DNA of 32,000 bases from the NCBI RefSeq assembly GCF_000148385.1, contig NC_014537.1:30001-62000 (forward strand). Reading direction: 5' to 3'. The DNA comes from Vulcanisaeta distributa DSM 14429. Its GTDB lineage: Archaea > Thermoproteota > Thermoprotei > Thermoproteales > Thermocladiaceae. Below, piece by piece: positions 28,168 to 32,000 of the stretch (positions are counted from its first letter, which is position 1; the number at the start of each line of letters is the position of its first letter). The notes below the pieces were generated by a model. The model had not been told where the DNA came from. It made no database searches and was given only the letters and a program-made list of their open reading frames with translations. Made by a program: the position numbers and the translations under genes.

Positions 28168-30054
28168 ATGGTGAACCCACCTGAGGCAGGGCCTGAGGTT
28201 GGTGAAAAGAAGGCTATTCAAAGCGATAAACAGTTAAGGAGGGCGTTGAACCAGTGGGATATAGCCTTCCTAGTTGTAGGCGCCATGATTGGTAGTGGTT
28301 GGTTATTTGGTTCACTTGGCGCGGCTGCCACGGCGGGTCCTGCCGCCATTCTCTCTTGGCTAATTGCTGGGTTCCTAATGATATTCATAGCATTGGCCTA
28401 CGCGGAGATTGGCGGCATGCTGCCTAAGAGTGGTGGTATTGTTAGATATCCTCAGTATACCCATGGCGGCTTTGCGTCGTTTATAATGGGTTGGGCGTAC
28501 TTCCTAAGCGCGGTCACTGTTGCTCCATCAGAGGCCATAGCTGCCGTGACCTACATGTCAAGTTACTTACCACAGCTAATGTCCAATGGCTTATTAACGC
28601 CATTGGGTACGTTGGTGGCCGCTGCTTTGGTTGTATTCTTCTTCCTTCTTAATTGGTATGGTGTTCATGTTATGGGTAAGACGAACACGGCCGTTGGTTG
28701 GTGGAAACTAATAATACCATCCCTAACCTTCATTTTACTCATGGCACTAGCCATGCACACAGTTAATTACTCAGGGCTCGCTGGCGGTTTTATACCGTAT
28801 GGCTGGTCAGAAGTCTTCCTGGCAATACCAACCACTGGCATAGCCTATGCATACCTGGGCTTTAGGCAGGGCATTGATTACAGCGGTGAGGCTAGGAAGG
28901 CGACTGACGTAGTTTGGGGTACAATACTCGGTTATGTAATTGTGATGTTCATTTACGTAATGCTCCAGGTGGCATTTATAGGTGCAGTTAATTGGAGCGC
29001 CGCTAAGGTAAGTCCAGGCAATTGGCAGGCCTTATCATCCTCAGTATTAAGTAGTGGTCCATTCTATGAGATTATGGCCACCAGTGGCGTAGCAATACTT
29101 GCCGGCTTCGCAGTAATACTATTAATAGATGCCATAATCTCACCATCAGGTACTGGCTGGATATACATAGGCACAACGGCGAGGACAATATATGGCATGG
29201 CGGCTGATGGTCACCTACCATCTGCGTTCCTAAAGCTAAATAGACATAAGATCCCACTTTGGCCGACAATTGCTGCCTTAGTACTTGGACTATTATTCCT
29301 GTTGCCATTCCCGACTTGGTTTGCGATATCCTCATTTATAACAACAACTACTGTGTTCACGTACATAATCGGCGGGCCATCATTAATGACCCTCAGGAGG
29401 ACTGCACCAAATGCTAACAGGCCAATTAAATTGCCTGCTGCGTCGGTGATTGGTGCCATAGCCACAATAGCGGCCTTCCTAATTGTCTACTGGTCAACCT
29501 TCTACTATCTATGGTTTGCAATAGCCCTAATACTTGCCGGCTTACCGCTATTCTACATGTACACAATGGTCAATAGGTATGGGGCAAGCAGAACCGCTGG
29601 CATTGTATCTGGGATAATATACTGGGTCGTACTTATCGTAGCCACATACTACCTGATATACCTCCCATTCGCAGCACCCACTGGGTGGCCTGCCTCATTA
29701 CCAGTCACAATGCTCAAATTACAGCCGACGCATATAGTAGATTTTGTTAGTTATGTCGTGGTAATGATAGCCATGGTTGTTGGATTTACGCTGTACGTGG
29801 CCTCTACGGCTAGGGATCGTGAGATAGCGATGAAGCATGTGAAGGCTGGTTGGTGGGTTGTGGCAACAATATTCTCGGCATTCATACTATCATTCCTAGG
29901 CTCCTTCAGCGTCTTCGAGACACCTATAATACCATTCCCGTGGGACACCATAATAGCTGCACTTGTGGCTCTTGGACTATATCTCTACGGCTCATATAGT
30001 GGAATTCTCACTGAGGACTTAGTTGTTGCGTTGAGAGAGCTTGGGGGTGTTTAG
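28168..30054 (+). CDS. APC-superfamily amino acid/polyamine permease with a C-terminal extension (paralogue 2)
   Basis: LRRALNQWDIAFLVVGAMIGSGWLF and YAEIGGMLPKSGGIVRY align with paralogue 1 (roughly 40-45% identity by eye). TTTAAAA box at 28140-28146 lies upstream of the ATG. Confidence 0.85.
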   Translation: MVNPPEAGPEVGEKKAIQSDKQLRRALNQWDIAFLVVGAMIGSGWLFGSLGAAATAGPAAILSWLIAGFLMIFIALAYAEIGGMLPKSGGIVRYPQYTHGGFASFIMGWAYFLSAVTVAPSEAIAAVTYMSSYLPQLMSNGLLTPLGTLVAAALVVFFFLLNWYGVHVMGKTNTAVGWWKLIIPSLTFILLMALAMHTVNYSGLAGGFIPYGWSEVFLAIPTTGIAYAYLGFRQGIDYSGEARKATDVVWGTILGYVIVMFIYVMLQVAFIGAVNWSAAKVSPGNWQALSSSVLSSGPFYEIMATSGVAILAGFAVILLIDAIISPSGTGWIYIGTTARTIYGMAADGHLPSAFLKLNRHKIPLWPTIAALVLGLLFLLPFPTWFAISSFITTTTVFTYIIGGPSLMTLRRTAPNANRPIKLPAASVIGAIATIAAFLIVYWSTFYYLWFAIALILAGLPLFYMYTMVNRYGASRTAGIVSGIIYWVVLIVATYYLIYLPFAAPTGWPASLPVTMLKLQPTHIVDFVSYVVVMIAMVVGFTLYVASTARDREIAMKHVKAGWWVVATIFSAFILSFLGSFSVFETPIIPFPWDTIIAALVALGLYLYGSYSGILTEDLVVALRELGGV

Positions 30055-30073
30055 TGCTTGAGACCTAAAATTA

Positions 30074-30110
30074 TTTTGTTTGATCTGTCAAATTTTTGAC
30101 TTAAAAACAA
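30074..30110. promoter_or_regulatory. Nested palindrome TTTGTTT-gatct-GTCAAA-TT-TTTGAC-ttaa-AAACAAA (candidate operator or hairpin)
   Basis: The core, GTCAAATTTTTGAC (30086-30099), is a perfect 14-nt palindrome, and the outer arms at 30074-30080 and 30104-30110 are complementary. The right-hand outer arm overlaps the start of the A/T box (30108-30115) of the oxidoreductase gene. Confidence 0.45.
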
Positions 30111-30138
30111 ATAAATCCAGCGCTTTTTTGTCATATTC

Positions 30139-31593
30139 GTGCTTGGAAAATACCCAGTATTCCCACCCACGGACCCTGAGTTTGAGGACCCACCAAAGTT
30201 AGATAAGTATGATGTTGTTGTTATAGGCGGTGGCGGAGGTGGTTATCATGGAGCCTTTGAGTTGAGTAAGGGTGGTCTTAAGGTTTTGATGGTTGATGAT
30301 AAGGGAAATCTTGGCGGTAACTGCCTGTACGAGGGTTGTATACCGTCTAAGTCGGTTTACATGACGATATACCTAATGGAGAAGATAAGGGGTATACTAA
30401 ATAGTGTTGGTAATAAGGACATAAATGCGGTTAGGGTTCTTTGGGAGAACGCGATTGATCATAAGGATAACGTCCAATACATTAGGTACTTACAGCACAT
30501 TAGGGAGATTAAGGGGCACGAGAATGTGGACTTCGTTAAGGGCATTGCGGAGGTTATTGATGAGCATAGGGTTAGGGTTAGGGCTATTGATGGTTCCTGG
30601 ACTAAGGATGTTGAGGCGAGACAACTGCTGATAGCAACCGGGTCAGTGCCGATTAAAATACCTGTACCTGGTGCTGACCTTGCCATTGGAAGCCAGGAAT
30701 TATTTGGTTATAAGACGAGTTATAGGAAGATACCGAATGACGTTGTGATTATAGGCGGTGGTTACATAGGTGTTGAGGTTGCATCAGTACTTGGTTCCAT
30801 GGGTATCAAGGCAACGATAGTTGAGATGTTGCCTAGGATATTAACTGGTTGGGATAATGACGTTGTCTCTAAGATCGAGGAGAAGCTGAAATCTAAGGGT
30901 GTTGAGGTTCTCACGAACTCAAAGGTTATTGGTATTAAGGAGGAGGGTGGGCAAAAGATTGTTGAGTTTGAGAGACCAGATGGCAGTAGGGGTTACGTGG
31001 CTGGTTCTGAGGTTATAATGGCGGTTGGTAGGAAGCCTTATGTGGAGGGTCTCGATAAGTTGGGCATTGTTGAGAAGGGGCATGTTGATGTTGAGTCGTC
31101 AATGAGGACTAAGGCGCCCAATACTTACGCAGCCGGCGATGTGATTGGTAAGTACATGCTTTATCATGCAGCTGTTAAGGAGTCCGTGGTCGCGGCATGG
31201 AATATACTCCACGGCAAGCCCATTTATGAAGTCAACTTCAACTCAATACCAATGGCAATATTCACAGAACCCGAAGCGGCAATGGTCGGTTTAAACGAGG
31301 ATGCTGCTAAGGCTAGAGGTATTAATTATGTAACTGTGTCATACCCGCTTGAGGATGATGCATACGCCCAAATAATGGGTGTTAGGGAGGGTTGGGTTAA
31401 GTTGATTATTGAGAGGGAGAGCCAGAGGATTATTGGTGGTGTTGTTTATGGTGAAGCTGCTTCGCTAATAATTAATGAGATAGCATTGGCGGTATCCGTG
31501 AATGCCAGGGTTAAGGACATAGCACTACTTGCGCATCAGCATCCAACAATATTCGAGGCCATCGATAGGGCGGCCATTAGGTTCTCACTGTGA
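30139..31593 (+). CDS. Class I pyridine nucleotide-disulfide oxidoreductase (dihydrolipoamide dehydrogenase-like)
   Basis: VVVIGGGGGGYHGA (FAD GxGxxG), redox-active GGNCLYEGCIPSK (CxxxxC), VVIIGGGYIGVE (NAD site), AAGDV, and C-terminal HQHPTIFEA (HPT..E dimer-interface motif). GTG start, with AAATAAAT box about 28 nt upstream. Confidence 0.85.
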   Translation: MLGKYPVFPPTDPEFEDPPKLDKYDVVVIGGGGGGYHGAFELSKGGLKVLMVDDKGNLGGNCLYEGCIPSKSVYMTIYLMEKIRGILNSVGNKDINAVRVLWENAIDHKDNVQYIRYLQHIREIKGHENVDFVKGIAEVIDEHRVRVRAIDGSWTKDVEARQLLIATGSVPIKIPVPGADLAIGSQELFGYKTSYRKIPNDVVIIGGGYIGVEVASVLGSMGIKATIVEMLPRILTGWDNDVVSKIEEKLKSKGVEVLTNSKVIGIKEEGGQKIVEFERPDGSRGYVAGSEVIMAVGRKPYVEGLDKLGIVEKGHVDVESSMRTKAPNTYAAGDVIGKYMLYHAAVKESVVAAWNILHGKPIYEVNFNSIPMAIFTEPEAAMVGLNEDAAKARGINYVTVSYPLEDDAYAQIMGVREGWVKLIIERESQRIIGGVVYGEAASLIINEIALAVSVNARVKDIALLAHQHPTIFEAIDRAAIRFSL

Positions 31594-31644
31594 TTATATA
31601 TTCATAACTATTTATAATTATTTAAAAGAATAATTATATATTCA
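31593..31644 (+). repeat. 12-nt direct repeat ATTATATATTCA (31593-31604 and 31633-31644)
   Basis: Read directly, in the spacer after the oxidoreductase gene. This is low-complexity A/T sequence. Confidence 0.4.
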
Positions 31645-31699
31645 CTTAATTTAGAAGCCAACTAAGGGAAATTAAATCCATGAGTATGGCGGAAAATGT

Positions 31700-32000
31700 A
31701 TGAGCAGGAAAATCTGGAAGTGCTATAGGTGCGGTGAGGAGGTTGTTGAAGGTATGAAGTTCACGTTCACTAAACAAGGTCCAATTCATTGGGAGTGCTT
31801 TAGGGCTGAGGTCAGGGATAGGTTCAATGGAAGTATCCCTGAGGACGTGAATATAATGCTTGAGTTATTGGATTATCTGGCGGATGGTATTGTTAAGATC
31901 AAGGAGCTTGAAACCAGGGCTTCCTCAGACGAGTTAAGGCAGGTACTCATGGCCAGGAGGAAGATTATTGAGGGTGAAATGGCTAAGTTAATGAGTGAAT
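31700..32000 (+). CDS. Hypothetical protein, 3' end outside the window (not in the ORF track because no stop is reached)
   Basis: From ATG 31700 the frame stays open to the window end: MSRKIWKCYRCGEEVVEGMKFTFTKQGPIHWECFRAEV..., a CxxC...HxxC zinc-knuckle-like N terminus. AAATTAAAT box about 27 nt upstream. Confidence 0.55.
   Translation, partial: MSRKIWKCYRCGEEVVEGMKFTFTKQGPIHWECFRAEVRDRFNGSIPEDVNIMLELLDYLADGIVKIKELETRASSDELRQVLMARRKIIEGEMAKLMSE

Overview
This 32-kb segment reads like the chromosome of a hyperthermophilic crenarchaeon. My guess is Thermoproteales, Vulcanisaeta/Caldivirga-like, but I could not run any search to confirm it. Supporting signs are a split methylmalonyl-CoA mutase, A-type ATPase subunit B, aEF-1beta, Cdc48, FEN1, a Trm5/Taw2-family enzyme, AGG-dominated Arg codons, and A/T boxes centred about 25-33 nt upstream of most start codons (leaderless layout). 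I call 31 protein genes (two cut by the window edges) and one tRNA-Glu(CUC). I see no rRNA, CRISPR array, transposase or integrase. Gene order: AOR (partial); a B12 cassette (PduO adenosyltransferase, MCM large subunit, MCM B12 subunit, MeaB fused to methylmalonyl-CoA epimerase); a large membrane protein; housekeeping genes (Trm5/Taw2, atpB, ubiX, TtuA/Ncs6-like, valS, EF-1beta, cdc48, fen, a solitary nuoH-like gene). An AT-rich islet follows at 22.2-24.8 kb, holding three small orphan ORFs that end exactly at the 5' nucleotide of tRNA-Glu, plus a membrane-anchored N/Q/G/Y-rich protein. Last is a transport/redox locus: saccharopine-dehydrogenase-like gene, two tandem APC permease paralogues with extra C-terminal helices, and a class I pyridine-nucleotide-disulfide oxidoreductase. 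The most unusual observations are listed here. (1) The MeaB-epimerase fusion has an internal SD+ATG at the junction. (2) The orphan islet abuts the tRNA with zero spacer. (3) A conserved TAAATAGA-containing block and CTAWTTAATCAA boxes lie upstream of both permease paralogues, along with a 383-bp very AT-rich spacer and TTGAC/GTCAA palindromes. (4) cdc48 contains abrupt blocks of opposite third-codon-position bias (G/T-ending versus A/C-ending). No known defence or mobile system is recognisable. Every functional call rests on motif recognition by eye and needs HMM/BLAST confirmation.
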